Shown in pieces: positions 49,287-62,411 of a stretch of 64,000 nt of DNA. Source of the stretch: Convolutriloba macropyga (lineage: Eukaryota). Each line of letters begins with the position of its first letter. Position 1 is the first letter of the stretch. Made by a program: the position numbers and the translations under genes. The DNA lies in assembly GCF_964194025.1 (NCBI RefSeq), contig NC_134480.1, forward strand, positions 9,362,001 to 9,426,000, written 5' to 3'. A model generated the notes under the pieces. The model was not told the origin of the DNA, ran no database searches, and was given only the letters and a program-made list of their open reading frames with translations.

Positions 49287-52200
49287 AGAAAATTTTTTGC
49301 ATTTGGCCTAGTGTCATTTTACAAAAAGACGCTAGACAATTAAGAAAAAAGTAGAGATCTTTAATAAATATTTTAATTTACTGTTGCTGTCCAATTCCTC
49401 GGAGACTTACAGAAAAGGAAACAAGGCGTCCAAGGAAGGCACACGTACTTGCTGTTAAAACGATAAATTAGTTCTGGGATATAAAATGAAGGTAAAAATT
49501 TTTGTTGAAAGGTTTTAGAAAATCACTATATTTTGAATTCTCTCGCTAGATCAAATTCTTTGAAATTGGAGCAAATAATTAGATTAGTGCAACGGATTAG
49601 TGAAACAGATTAGTGCAAGAAAAAAATAGGGTAATCATAGAGCAAACAGTTAATTTGAGCAAACGGGAAATTTAAGAAAATGGTATCAAAGTTATTTATC
49701 AATAGCATTAGAGAAAAATGCGACGTTGAAATCAAAATATTTATTAGTAAAACCTCGAGACCTGTCAAAGGTATACAAAGATAAGAAAATGCAAAAGCCG
49801 GAAACCTAAAATAACTACCATTCGTTTTCAAAGTGTCCAAATTTTCTAAAAACCATTATTTATTACTAAAATATAGAAGTTAATAACATTGAGGCTCTAA
49901 TTGATTCATATTTTAACCATTATAAAACGTGTATCTCAGCTCAATAAGCCGACGATCAAGCAAATAAAAATGACGAACAACAGATCTGAGCAAATTTCGA
50001 TGAAAGTATCCATTTAATTGAATGTATGCCGCATTAGAAAGGAGATAATATCTGGTATTAATGATACTCTGACGAAAGAGAACCCGAACGAACTCTAAAT
50101 AACGGCAGAACTAGGAAACTCTCCAAAACTGTTGAATTCAAATGATTAAAAAATCAGCGGGCCTTTGAGTTATTCTCATTTGCAACTAGGAACAATTTGA
50201 ACACATTTTTTTAAACGTTAAAATAGCTTTTGAAAAAATCAGATTATGAAAACTGCTTCGATTTGTTCCAAATCACGTTCAAATTGTGAGTTACAGTTGA
50301 CTACAAAATCATATGTAAGCCGATTTAATAAAAATTGCGCCTCAATACAATCAAAATTCGTTGGATTGTAAAAACGTAGCTTTCCCATTATAGCCTATAG
50401 ATTATCTGACCAGTAAGCTGTGGAGCTATAATGTGAAAGACCCGTAAAAACGTAGGAGCGCAGTAATAACAGACTCGGCTATTAGTAAGCATTAATGGTA
50501 TTTGAAAAAAAACAGGAATCCAACGATTGAATGAAATTTCATCAAAGCTAAAAGCTCTTCAATAAAAATTTTTGTATCCGATTGTTTTTTTTTTGAATCT
50601 CAATGTTGCCAAGTTATTTACATATTTCACAACCCCCAATTTTATGTCAGTGATTGGAAAGTATACTGCTGGTCTCAAGTTTGTGTCTAAAAGTGATCTT
50701 TCTTTCCATTTCTGAGGTTTGATATGAATTATCAGCATCTGTTGCAAATTTTCTCAAAAATTTATGAACAATTAAGCAAGTCCTGCCAGATCTGAACTTA
50801 ATTTCCTCTTGTTACTGAAAATCTCAATGATAGGGCAATCTGGAAAATATACGGGTGAAATGAGAGAAATAGGTAGAAGTTTTGTCTCAAGCTAAAATTC
50901 AATTTTCTATAAAGCGCAATTTGTTGTGTTTGAGCTAGAATGCATTGTTCTTGACAATGTTTAGTCAAGAATGCAATCATTAAGGCCCTTACGTGGCTTA
51001 AATCGTGGAGATAAGACCTAATTTCGAAAATTTTGGCCAATTTATGGGCGAAATTGAACTGAAAATTGGACAAAACTTGCTCAAAACCATTTTCCAGTAA
51101 TGAAAATTTAAACTTTTTTGGTAGTGAAATTCTATACACCGAGAGCTTTAAATTGACGCCACATTTGTCTGAACAGAAAGGGCATAAAGTCCCATTTTTT
51201 CAGAAAATTTGGGACAATTAACATTTTCGAGGCTTTTATTTAAACGCGAACATGTGTTCTTACCCCAAGTTTGGAATCAAAGTAAAGGCGGTACTATTGG
51301 GAACAACAAATGCTGTAGAATTTTATCAATGTTTTTGTTACGACTCGTCTGTTGAAAAGCATTTGAGAAAACAAATTCTAACTTTATTCGAAGGTGGTTA
51401 TAGTTCACAAACTTAACAAATTTTTTCTAGTATTGTTGTCATGTGTTCTTCTTGAGCAATTGAGTTTTTCGGGAATTATGAATTTATCTGCTGTTGCGTC
51501 AACAGTTCAGGTCCTATATATCATATCTACACAGACTTGCTGCTATCAAAATTTGCGGTCAATTTACAGCCGTTTGCTAGTTGTTTTTATTTGGATGAAT
51601 TCACTTTTGATGGTTTTCACGTATCATTACCTTCATTGTTGCTCATTCTGATTTGTCTTCAGAATTTTAGGTTGTTTTCAGACTTTGTTTTGTTTTTAAT
51701 CCCGCTCTTTTGTCATCCATAAATCTTTTTTACGATATTATTGAGTAATTTAGACATACGAAACGACAATTGGCCATTCCAAAGGTCAGTTAAATTCCGA
51801 AACGACAGTTAAATTACGAAGGTCTAATATGGTTAAACTGGCCTTGTTTGTAACTGTTTGATTCTTGTTTCTCCGAGTTTGAAAAATTATTTCTGAGAGT
51901 CATTATTGACGCATTTCTGTACGGCCCCCTCTTGCACAAAAACAGAAATATTTCAGTTATTAGCTCTTTTTGTTCCCTTCTGATCTCGATCAAACCAAAA
52001 TAAATGGCGATTCAGCTTTTAATCAACTCCTATAAAAAATGAGCAATAAATCAGAGATTAAAATGCGGGGAAATGAAATTTCTATATAACACTTTGATCG
52101 GTTCAATCTGCTATCATTGAAACATTGATCCCCAATAATGATAAAATTGAATTGATGTTAAATATTGAACAGTTTGAAATTTTAGGAGTTGAATAATCCA

Positions 52201-53215
52201 ATTTTTTTAAAGCACTCCCAGTCATAGAGCACGTGTTATTACATAGTAACTATAAAAAAAATGACGTGCTGGGGGGGTGCAAATATAGTATGCACCCACT
52301 AAGCTGGAGGTACAAATATATTTTTACTAGAGCAAACATTTGACAGGAAATATTGGCTGTTGGCTTGGAGAATATATTGGAGCACATAATTAGCCATTTT
52401 AATCTAAGGGAAATATGGATATTTTGCAAAAGTGCTGTTTAACTGGTTTATAGTTATTAGCGTTAACGCACAGCAGCGGCGATTGCTATCGTATGCGCTC
52501 TTTGTAGCTTTTTTTTGTCTATTCTATACTGATCGGTCAATTTGTCAACAAAAGAATTCTGGTTTTTTAGATTGGAATTTAAGCTATTTTCTGGTCATTT
52601 TCAGTTTCACAGACATTTTTGCTAACTCGGCGAGCTGACAAACTTGTGCTCAAATTTTTATTGGAAATTATGCGACTGAGCCTGAATATTAATTTCTTAA
52701 ACTCTATAAACGACTAAAAATATTTAGCAGTAAGTCTGCAAGCGATAGGTTTATTGTCACCGCTAAGTAATGGTAGAAATTTCTTTTTTACAGCGTACGT
52801 AGAACTATCGTTTTGTTTCAATCAAAGAAATTGAAACATTTTACCATTGGTTAAATACAGATCCGGCTTCCAAAACCAAATTGGTTTCATTTATAACAGT
52901 TTTTGGGCGCTATTTACTCACTAAAACGTCGGGTTCACGATAAGTTAATTCCAATTAAATGAATTTTAGTTGTATTTATTTGGATATTCAACCTGATAAT
53001 ATGAAAAGGTAAGAGTTAACTATACAACATGAGTGCTACATGAGACCCAATTTTTTTTCATGTAATTGAATTTATATTTTTTTAGATGCAGCACTTATAA
53101 ATAATGATAAAAAGGGACTGATAACGATTGAAATCAACTCATTTTTTAAAATGCCTTGAAACATTAAACTTAATTTTTAATTTCTGATTTATTTTTTTCA
53201 GGTTTATCTGTTTAA

Positions 53216-53452
53216 ATGAGGATGCGTTTCATTAACAACCAGAATACAAGAAACCGAATGGCGCTGGATAAGAACTTCATTTACTACTCCTTCTGCACGT
53301 TCGCGAGTAACATCATGAGCAGTGTGTTTAGTTTCTATTACGTTTATTTTTTCCTAGATGTTTACAAAGTGTCCCATTCCTGTTTCCAATTCGCACAAGT
53401 GTTGTTTATGGTTTGGAACGCTATAAACGACCCGCTGTTTGGATGGATACAG
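53216..53452 (+). CDS. MFSD13A: MFSD13A-B coding exon 1
   Basis: MRMRF..WNAINDPLFGWIQ|gttaat. Confidence 0.9.
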
Positions 53453-56400
53453 GTTAATTCTTTCGAGTTAATTGTTTAATAAGGAATCTATTTTTATTAA
53501 TAGCCGCACAGCGATAGCTGGGGCTATTATTGGCCTTCTCTTGGTTTTTTTTATTTCGTCGTCATGATTTTTGTTACGACCATGTGACGTCACAGCCACT
53601 TTTTGTTCATTCGTTCATGCAATTTCAACTGAATTGCATGTGTGACGTCATTTTTCGCTCTTAGTGGAGCGAGTTTTTTTGTTCATGCGCGTGATTAAAT
53701 TTCTGGTCACACTTGACTTACCTCACTCTCAAAAATGACTTCCTCACTTTTGGAAATTGACTTTTATTTATTTTAATTCAAAGAGATAAGGTCAAATGGG
53801 CGTGTGTCACTCTAAATGAAGGTTATTTGAGATCAGCTAATAGAGGCAGCAATAACTTATACAGATTTTAAATCAAAATATAACAGATCAGCCTTCAATG
53901 AAAAGACGAGTTTTTTGGTCTGTCTTTTTGTTTTTTTAGACTGCCGATCTACGAATCTATTGCGGCTATTTTCTGGCAATCTGCCAGCTATGTTTTTGAA
54001 CAGGAAAAAAGTTTTTAATAGTTTATAGCCGCGTAGCGTTAAGGAGGGCTATTATTAAGACATTCTTTGGCTTTTTTAAAAATCAATTCAAACTAAGAAA
54101 AAATTATTGTCATAAGGACGTCAAATGTGTCAATTATTGATTTTCAGATGTCAAGGGGGGACAAAATCCGGAACGTAACTGTTTGAGAAGCTTCGTAGAT
54201 TTCCCAAGAACTTGAGTACCACATTTTCAACAATTTTTAACTGTTGTCAGGATATTAGGGGTAGTTGACTATATCAATTACAATTTTTTTGAACTTTCTT
54301 TTAATTAGGCCACTATAAATGCTCTTATGGTCGTTTGTAACCCCACTTAGTGGTAAATTACAGTAGGCAAGAGGAAAATACTGATTGTTCCTATTCTTAA
54401 TTGGAAAATTCTATTTAAATAGCATTTCAGCAATTTTTTGGAGGATGTTTTGAATTCTCATGCAAATTTTAGTCGCCTTTTTCAAACAATCGTTTTGATT
54501 TTTTTTTTCAAACAATTTAACGCCAAAAAGTCTTTCACCTTGTTTCCTTCGGCGAACGAACAATGCTGACCCGGCCTTTTATATTAAACCTCCAACTATG
54601 CGTTGTCGAAATATACGAATAGTATCATTTAAAAGACACATGAAAAGAATTTATCATTGCAAAACGTTTTTCAGTTTCTTTATATTTAGTTAAGTGCTTT
54701 ATAATTGATAGTCAATTTAGCCTATTTCTTGACAACTACATCCTCGAAGTGGCAACGTTTCGAGCGCAAACTAAACAGACTTTTTTAAAAAAACAGACTT
54801 AACTACTTTAATCGGTTGCTTTTCATAAAATGTTTCAATTTTCTCAACAATGATCAACACTTCATGTAAGTACAACTTACCTGGAGTTAAAGTTTAATCC
54901 TGTGTGATTACGCTGGTTGATCTTAATGAACACATTGATGGATGTTTACTAATTTCCTGTGAGAATTCGCTTCTGTAGTAAAAAGTTGTTCATATATTTA
55001 GGTCAAGAAATTTTTAATGTGAGGGCAATTAGCACTTCCGCAATTTAACTGCGAGTTAATTGCCGTCAAAAAAGTTTAGTAATTATATTAGTTCGGTTGG
55101 CCATGTTGCCATTGGTCTTTTTGGCCTGTTTGTATCTAACTGTATTTTGTCTGATATTTTTTGTCTGGCTATTTAACTTTTCGTCCACAAAAGCGGGATA
55201 AAGAGGTAAAGCTCCCCACCTCATTCCAAACCCAATCCACTACATTGGAAGTCCCCGCGCCAAACTCACCTCTCTTTTGAGCCCCCTTCGGTACCCCTTT
55301 CCCACTCTCTCAGTTAAGTTTAAGTAAAGTTTCCCTGAACCCCAGCTATTGACGAAGCCAACCGTATGCTAGCATTTAGCCCGAAGTTAGTCGGTTTTGT
55401 TCAAAATTTGTGGTTCGATAATAAATGTGTTCAATTAATTCTTTTGTTTTCCTCCAGAATGCATACAGGAAAGCTATTAATCTGTTCGTGTTGTAAAAAG
55501 CAGGAAAAGTAGTTTCATAGATATTTATAGATGTTTGCTGGTGTTCAAACTACACTGGAGAACCGATTTTGAAACAAAAGACTTTTTGTCTAAATTTTCA
55601 TTACTCAATTACTGCGCCAATCACTTGTCCGAGGTTGGGCTCTATGAGCAGTAGCAATTATTTTCTGATTTTTTTTCCAATTTCCGGATATACTACCAGA
55701 TCCAACTAGATTTGAGAAATAGAAAAATTAAAAACAAATATTGGTAAAGCGAGGAGTTTGACACTGGTTTTGTTCTGTTTTTTTTTTAAAAAAACAAACA
55801 TTCTATTGTGCAAGCTTGTTACTATTAATCCAAGGATTTTTATCCGAATAGCTGTTAAGCTTCCTTGAAACCTGGTCTCTTGTTGAACAGACTGACGCTT
55901 TTTTACAGGACCATTCTTCTTCGAAGTGGATTCTATCCAGACAACTCAACATTCTGTACGGCGCACCAGTTTTTGCTGTTTCATTTCTGTTCGGTTGGTT
56001 CCCATTCTACGATGTGCTCCACTTAGACAGCGAATATTGGAAGTGTATACACCTTGTGTTAACACTCTGTTTCTGGGATACGATGTTTTCATTCGTGTTG
56101 CTGGCTTATTGTGCTTTATTCACGGAAGTAACAACTGATCACACATCAAGGGTAAGATTGACCCAGTACACGAGAGTGGCCGCCATTTGTGGATTCTGGG
56201 CGGTGCCTATGGTAGAGTATGGATACGAGACGTATGGGAATGAAGGTATGTTTTTATTGTTTAAATAGAGAAAGTATTCCATCCCCCGTGAACCCTTTCC
56301 TGCACATTGTTTCCCTTAACATGTGTGAACAAACGCTTATTATCGCACTGGTAATTTCTCGGTTTGCCTAATAATAGGTGGAACTAGCCATTACAATTAT

Positions 56401-59400
56401 TGTATACTGTTATAAAGGCCTAGAAACGTCGATTGTTCTGGGTCATAATCCACGGGGGGAAAAATATTAAGAATAAGTTTACGGGAGCTTTTTTTTCAAA
56501 TACTTTTCGGATGCGACTTTTTGCATTCAAATCCTTCTTAATACTAAATGAAACGGTCGCCTCTTAACTGAGCCCCTGGAATTTATTAGCATGTAACAAG
56601 TTTGTTGATTAACCGGATTGATCAATAATTCATTCACTTTATCGGTCAATATTGATATCTCCAATTAAGCAACAGTAGAATTAATTGCAATGATTACACA
56701 AATGTGATTACGCAATTAGATAGTTCTAATTTAGGAGTTTGGTTGCAATGAAAAATTTGAACTGCGATCATTCAACTAGAAAATCCGATGTTCAACTGGA
56801 AAAGAGAGTCCGGCTTAATATCGCCAATTTGGTTTTTTTCATAACTCGTGTGATGAGTTTTACATGTCAAATTAGGTATAAATTTAAGAATAGCTTTTTT
56901 TAAAAAAAAATTTACTGATGGATTATTCTTTTTCAGGTTTCTATCTCTGTCTCTTCTTCATAGCAATTGTTGCGACAATATTCATGTGCCTTACGGGACT
57001 TTTCACTCGCTCAAATGTGAACAGATTAGACGATGCTCAAATTGCAGAAGATCCTCCGTTCTTTTCTTACGAATTCCTTCGAATGAACTTACAAATTGTC
57101 TTCAACAAAAACTTCATATCTTTTGTTACAATGAACTTTTTGTCAGCCGGAATGTGTCATTTCGCGGCCAGCTTCACAAAAATTTTCACAGAAGATCTAT
57201 CCCTGTTTTCAGACTCAAAAAGCAACAAGTTGACCTTTTTCTTTATAAATTCGGTTGGAGGTAACTTGCTGATTGTTTTGATATCGCCGTTTATCGAGAG
57301 TTACGGCTCCGTTGTCATCGTTTGTTTGTCCTTCGTTTCTGTGTTTTTATCGAGTGTGTTACTGTATTTCTGGAGGACGTTTAATACAATTATAGTTCAG
57401 ATCCTAATTCTCAATATTGTACCGTCGGGTATGTTCGGACTGTATAATATATTCGTGTCAAGTGTTATTGATGAAGATCAGGTTCGGTACAAGAGGAAAC
57501 TCCCTCTGTCTTCCATGATTTTTGGGATCAACGCTTTGATTACGAAACCAGCGCAGTCCATTTTCCCGATGATCGCAGCTTACTTTCTGGACATGACCAA
57601 AGTTGACGTAGTTGATGCAGCAGGTGAGATCTGCCATTCCTCTAAATGCCTACAGCTTTGTGTGTGAATTTCGGAGCGCTTGTTATTTGCATCCTCCGGT
57701 AAAATTTGCCACATTACAATCGTAATTATTTTCAATTTTGTTTATTAGTAGCCGCGAAGCGATAGCGGCTGTTATTGGGGACATCGTGGTTTTTACAATC
57801 CAAAGGATTTGGATTGTATTGGTGTGCTGTCTTTTTTAAAGTTCGGTTCACGCTTTTTTCGGCTTTTTCACGTCAGTGAGAAGTCAAATTAGAGTGGTGA
57901 TTTTAGTCACACTAGTACTAAAGAGAACCAAAATAAGAGTAGGTTTAAGGCGTGACTTTTTGTCAAACTACCTTTAAATTGGAGTCAGAAATGGTGTTTG
58001 AACAAATTTTTGGTTTTTGAGACGGAGTTTTTTTACAATTCAAGAATTGGATTGCCTCGAGGCTCGTCGTTTCCATTGATGATTCTTTCGACCATTGACT
58101 TTTTCAATTTCAGTGACTTCTACTGCTTTGCAGTTATCTGCACGTTGTCCAGCTTACAAGCTTAAGTTTTTAATTGCTTTCGAACGAAGTTTTAAGGAAT
58201 TATTGCAGTGTTGTGTCTTGTACAAGTTATGCTTGACCATTTTAACGTTTCGAGTGACTTTCCTCGCTTGACTTTTTCATTGTAAAATTAGATTTTGCAG
58301 CCCCATGATGTTGAGCAGTTCTCTTAATGCTTTATTAGTCTCTAAGCGAACAAATCACCGAAGCTGCTGATAAGATAAAATCATGATGCGACCTTCCATT
58401 ATAAAATCTATAAAAGCTAAACTGCCCCTCACTCCTTTGTCCTCATCCGTGCTCCACCCGCTCGCCAATGGTTTGAGAACAATTCGCTCGACATTATTCG
58501 GTTATGTTTGAATTTTTTAAGAGAAGTAGTTGACGTAAGGTATTCTTGTTTTCTTTGTTTGGTAATTAGTATCTAGTTGTCACCAGTTATTGTATTCTAA
58601 GTTAAGAACTGAAATAATTAGCTGCATATTGAATTGATGAATCATTTATTAATATGATATCTTGAAATGAAGTTTTAAGCAATTTTTGTAGTCATTTTGT
58701 TCTTGTGTCAAGATTTTGTTTGATCGATTTGAACAGTTCCTCAGACCTACAATTGCCAGAAAAAATTGAATTGCATAGTTAAATAATAAGCGGTTTTCTC
58801 ATTACAGGGAAAGGTTTTTGTCATTCCTACCTACTTGGTTTTCCAAACCTTAAGTCTTTTTGAGGAGTCCACAATTCATGCAACTGCTCGAAATGTGATT
58901 CATCGCCTCTTCTTTTGTTTTTTTCTTTTCAACGGAGTGAGATCATCTAGATTGATACGTCAGAGACTTTACAGCAGAATTTTGGGAATGCGTTACCGTG
59001 GGCTAGTTTTTAAAACCAATTGTGTTAATATTTTTTGCTTCTGCTACTTGTCGCTTTCTTAGTTTCTTTTTTTATTGACAAATTCAACATCATATCCACA
59101 GTTTTAGTGAGGTTTAAAACTATTTTTTAGAGACATAATTGAGCTTTGATTATAGACATCAGGAAGTTGATAAAATTTTAAAATCTTTTTTATTACTCGG
59201 CTTCTGCCAATAGCTTCTGTGCGGAGCAATCATATGTTTTTCTTTTTGTTTTATTTTAATGTTGTCAAAAATGTTTTATAAAACTTTTGCTGTATGACTT
59301 CTGGTCACTTTTTCTCCAAAGCAGTTTTTTTGCATTTTTATTGCCTTACTCAAATTAATACCTGCTTTTGCGTTAGAGCGGTTTTTTTCCGTTCTTTACA

Positions 59401-60377
59401 TAATATTTTTCGCCTGTTGACTTTTCTTACGCTTAAAACGACCTCTGTTTAATTCTCTGAAGGGATAGTGTAAACTGGGATCTGTAACCATTATAACTGA
59501 ATGTCCTTGAAGTTTGTCTATATTTCGGGAATTGTCTTATCGTAAATGTGACAATAATTTAGAGGATTTGAAATGTTAGTAGCCTCTGTTTCTCTTAATC
59601 ATTTTTTGATACTTCTACAAACTATTGAGAACTCGCTTTTTGGCACCCCGAAATCTTTTTTTCTGATGCAAGAATCTGCATGTTTGGAGAATTCCGGCAG
59701 TTCTGACTTGGTAATTTGAGAGAGATTTTTCACCTACTTTTTCAAACTATCAAAACGAAGTATATGTATTAGATAGACTATATAAAAATATTAAGCAATC
59801 TCACATTAGATATCTCCATCTTTGTCGTGACTTAGGGAGATTTAGATTAGTTTTTCCAGAGGGAGAGAAAGTATAGAGGAAAAAGTGAAGAAAAAGCGTG
59901 GAGAAATAATAAAATTCAGCTTGAAAAAGCATCGAACGACTTTGGAGAGAAAAAATTTTGAGTGCACTTGTCGGATAATAATTTCGACCAGGTAAAAGCA
60001 TTTGAAAGCTATTTTTAATAGTTTTTTTCGAACATTTCAATATATTAAATGTCTTAAATTGACGCATTTCCGCGTGGTCTCTTATGAGAGGTTTAATAGT
60101 TAATTGAAATGATAGATTTTTTGTGTTAGATTTTTTATTAAACTTACCAAGTTATCGTTAAAGCAATATCCTAGTTTTATTTTCAGGTAACCCAACGAAA
60201 GAGCACCCGCAGAGGTCACGTGAGGCGATAGTAACCCTTCTGTGTGTATTGCCAATGGTGACTGCGCTTTTGCAGCTGTTAGTCTTTTGTCCCTTCAGAA
60301 TGACTCACCTTTCAGAACAGCTGAGGAAAAATACGGCTTTCAACAGGGATCAATCTCGCACAGAATCAAATTTGTAA
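53216..60377 (+). CDS. MFSD13A: MFS transporter MFSD13A/TMEM180-like, paralogue B (~483 aa, 4 coding exons)
   Basis: Exons 53216-53452, 55909-56245, 56937-57623, 60187-60377. GT-AG, phases 0,1,1, open frame. WNAINDPLFGW; IDEDQVRYKRKLPLSSMIFGINALITKPAQS. Acceptor at 53201 implies a 5' UTR intron. Confidence 0.92.
53494..53997 (+). mobile_element. Complete ~500 bp Helentron-associated non-autonomous element (HINE/DINE-1-like)
   Basis: Perfect subterminal IR aatagccgca (53499-53508) / tgcggctatt (53961-53970); 5' fold-back ggctattatt; 3' stem-loop ctggca-atc-tgccag (53973-53987); T-rich flanks with no TSD. Confidence 0.75.
55909..56245 (+). CDS. MFSD13A: MFSD13A-B exon 2 (equals exons 2+3 of copy A)
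   Basis: tacag|DHSSSKW..FTEVTTDH..YGNE g|gtatgt; 337 nt = 219+118. Confidence 0.93.
56937..57623 (+). CDS. MFSD13A: MFSD13A-B exon 3
   Basis: ttcag|..FYLCLFFIAIV..DVVDAA g|gtgaga. Confidence 0.92.
57743..58510 (+). mobile_element. HINE-like element in intron 3 of gene B
   Basis: 5' tagccgcgaagcgatagcggctgtta hairpin; shared internal block; 3' end like 39020-39070. Confidence 0.6.
60187..60377 (+). CDS. MFSD13A: MFSD13A-B terminal exon
   Basis: ttcag|..NPTKEHPQRSREAIVTLLCVLPMVTALLQLLVFCPFRM..ESNL*. Confidence 0.9.
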
Positions 60378-60761
60378 TTATCAATACCCTCAAGCAACAG
60401 ACTTAATATTTTATCAAGGTCAAGGCTCTATCTGTTTTCTGCTTTCGGAAATTTTTCCTACCAAGTGTGAGAGAAAGATTGAATTGACGTTTATGTTAAC
60501 AAAACAGATTATGTAATATGGGATTAGTGACGTCCATATAAGGTATCTTTAGATTATTGTAGCAGTGTAAGTAAGGAACATCTATATCAGATATATCTGG
60601 ATTTGGAATTGTAGCATTAGTTGTGGAATTCGTGCAATAATTTCGGAACTGTACTAGTGGAGGGAATTATCTATGGGGTCGTAGGGAGGCTTTAGGATCT
60701 ACGCTGGTAGAGAACGAACAAGTTGTACAACTGTCATCATATCAGCAGGTAATCGAGAGAC

Positions 60762-61298
60762 TTAAGAAGTTAGTGATTTAGATGATGTTGCTTCCTCTTC
60801 TTTTGTCTGTTTTGAATGTTCTGTTTTAACAAGGTACGCTGTTGCCGCGGATTTTGCCGCTTTGCTTGCTGGTGTCTCATGACAGTCCTGAATGTGTGGC
60901 GAGAGTTTGCTGGCTCTCCCGGCTTTCCTGTGGAGGTAGTTCGGAAACGGGCACTCAAATTGAGCGAGAACATGCTTCAGGAATTGATATAGGGTCTCGG
61001 AGGGTCTTTTATTTATGTATGTGCAATTTTTGCGCTGGACCGTTTTGTTAAGTCTCACAATAATCGAAACCGGGCGGATATTTGCCATGAGGAACTTGGA
61101 TCCGATCGGGATGATCATGGGGTCGACTTGTTCCTCGTTCTTTACCACTGTCTTTGTTATTGTTCCTTTTCCAATCTGATTGTGCTCACGATTCAGCGCG
61201 ATTAGGCTGACCGTGCGTCCATCCGTTAATTCAGCTAGGTCAGTTTTGATGTTCAGGATATATCCGTCGTGCTGATGTCCGTCGGTGATGAATTCCAT
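60762..61298 (-). CDS. Orphan 178-aa ORF, unknown function
   Basis: Uninterrupted ORF, more GC-rich than its flanks, preceded on the minus strand by an acceptor-like cttttcag 7 nt before the ATG. No family recognised. Confidence 0.45.
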   Translation of the reverse strand: MEFITDGHQHDGYILNIKTDLAELTDGRTVSLIALNREHNQIGKGTITKTVVKNEEQVDPMIIPIGSKFLMANIRPVSIIVRLNKTVQRKNCTYINKRPSETLYQFLKHVLAQFECPFPNYLHRKAGRASKLSPHIQDCHETPASKAAKSAATAYLVKTEHSKQTKEEEATSSKSLTS

Positions 61299-62132
61299 AA
61301 CTTTCCTGAAAAGCTCAGCTTCAGATGTGCACGTGTGAAAATTGTGTTATGATAGAGGTATGTGGGACTCTGGCATCCCACGCTGTGACCATTGACATAC
61401 ATTGAAAATAAGAAACTTTAAATATTAACTATGGCTAGATACGGCAATCAGGAGCCTCCGTATTGAAGAGGTGAGTAGGATCTCATATGTGGGATGTCTG
61501 TGAAGAACTTTATTAAATCTGCGTGGTCTACATTAATAAATAATCTTGGTTTATCTTGATCTAAAATTCAAATGTTTTCTGATTATTTATTATTGCCAAT
61601 CTTAATCCTTTCTCCGATCTTTGATGTTTCTTCCTCTCTCCCTCAGCCTTGTAACTCCCTCAGCACAAGGCCCCTCCTGTTGGATGACATTGCTTAGAAA
61701 AGGCTCCCTTCTCATTGGGTGAGTTCAATAGTGATAGTAGTATACGTAAATGGTGTGTATCAGTATACATGGGGTCCACGGTGTGTAAAAAACCGACCCC
61801 TTCATTTTTGGCAGAAAAATAAAAATTTTGAAAATTGTTAGAAATGATCTCAAATCGAAGGAGGTGTTTTAATTTTCACATTAAGACGTTTTTTATTTTT
61901 TTTTCGATTTTTTAACCTTCGGTTTTCTGGGGCACACAGTTGAAATTCTATGTCCCCACTAAATATTTACATGTCCCCACAATTTTTTTTTCAGAAAAGC
62001 GCTTGGGCGCGATGGGACAATATATGAAGACAAAATCAAAACATGAGTTTGGAAAAAATACCCCTAGCAAGTTCATTTTTCAAATAGTAGTTCCAGTAAA
62101 CAGACGTCAAGTAAAATCGATAAACTGTTCAA

Positions 62133-62411
62133 ATGAGTACCCGAGTTACGAGAGACGAAATTGTTGGGGGTATTACAAACTTGGTTTTTGATGATGGAAA
62201 CCGAGAGAGACCCCCATGGCGTTGCTGTTCCAATACCGTAGTCCCTCGATCAGAGATTATATTTTTTGTTCAAGTGAGTATTATAGTGCTCATGATTAGT
62301 CTCTGTTTTGCCATGCTCTTCCTGATATCGGAAAGTTGCGAAGAGAAATCAATTTGGATTGCACTGCCTTCGAGTCTAGTTGGTTATATTTAGCCAAATC
62401 CTAAATTATGA
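62133..62411 (+). pseudogene. Small two-TM Polinton protein (premature TAG at 62391)
   Basis: PRSEIIFFVQVSIIVLMISLCFAML..CEEKSIWIALPSSLVGYI*PNPKL*; homologous to ORFs 11215 and 19434. Confidence 0.75.

Noticed and set aside
49300-53000. Short ORFs and possible MITEs upstream of gene B
   Set aside because: No recognisable motifs, terminal repeats or TSDs could be established by eye.
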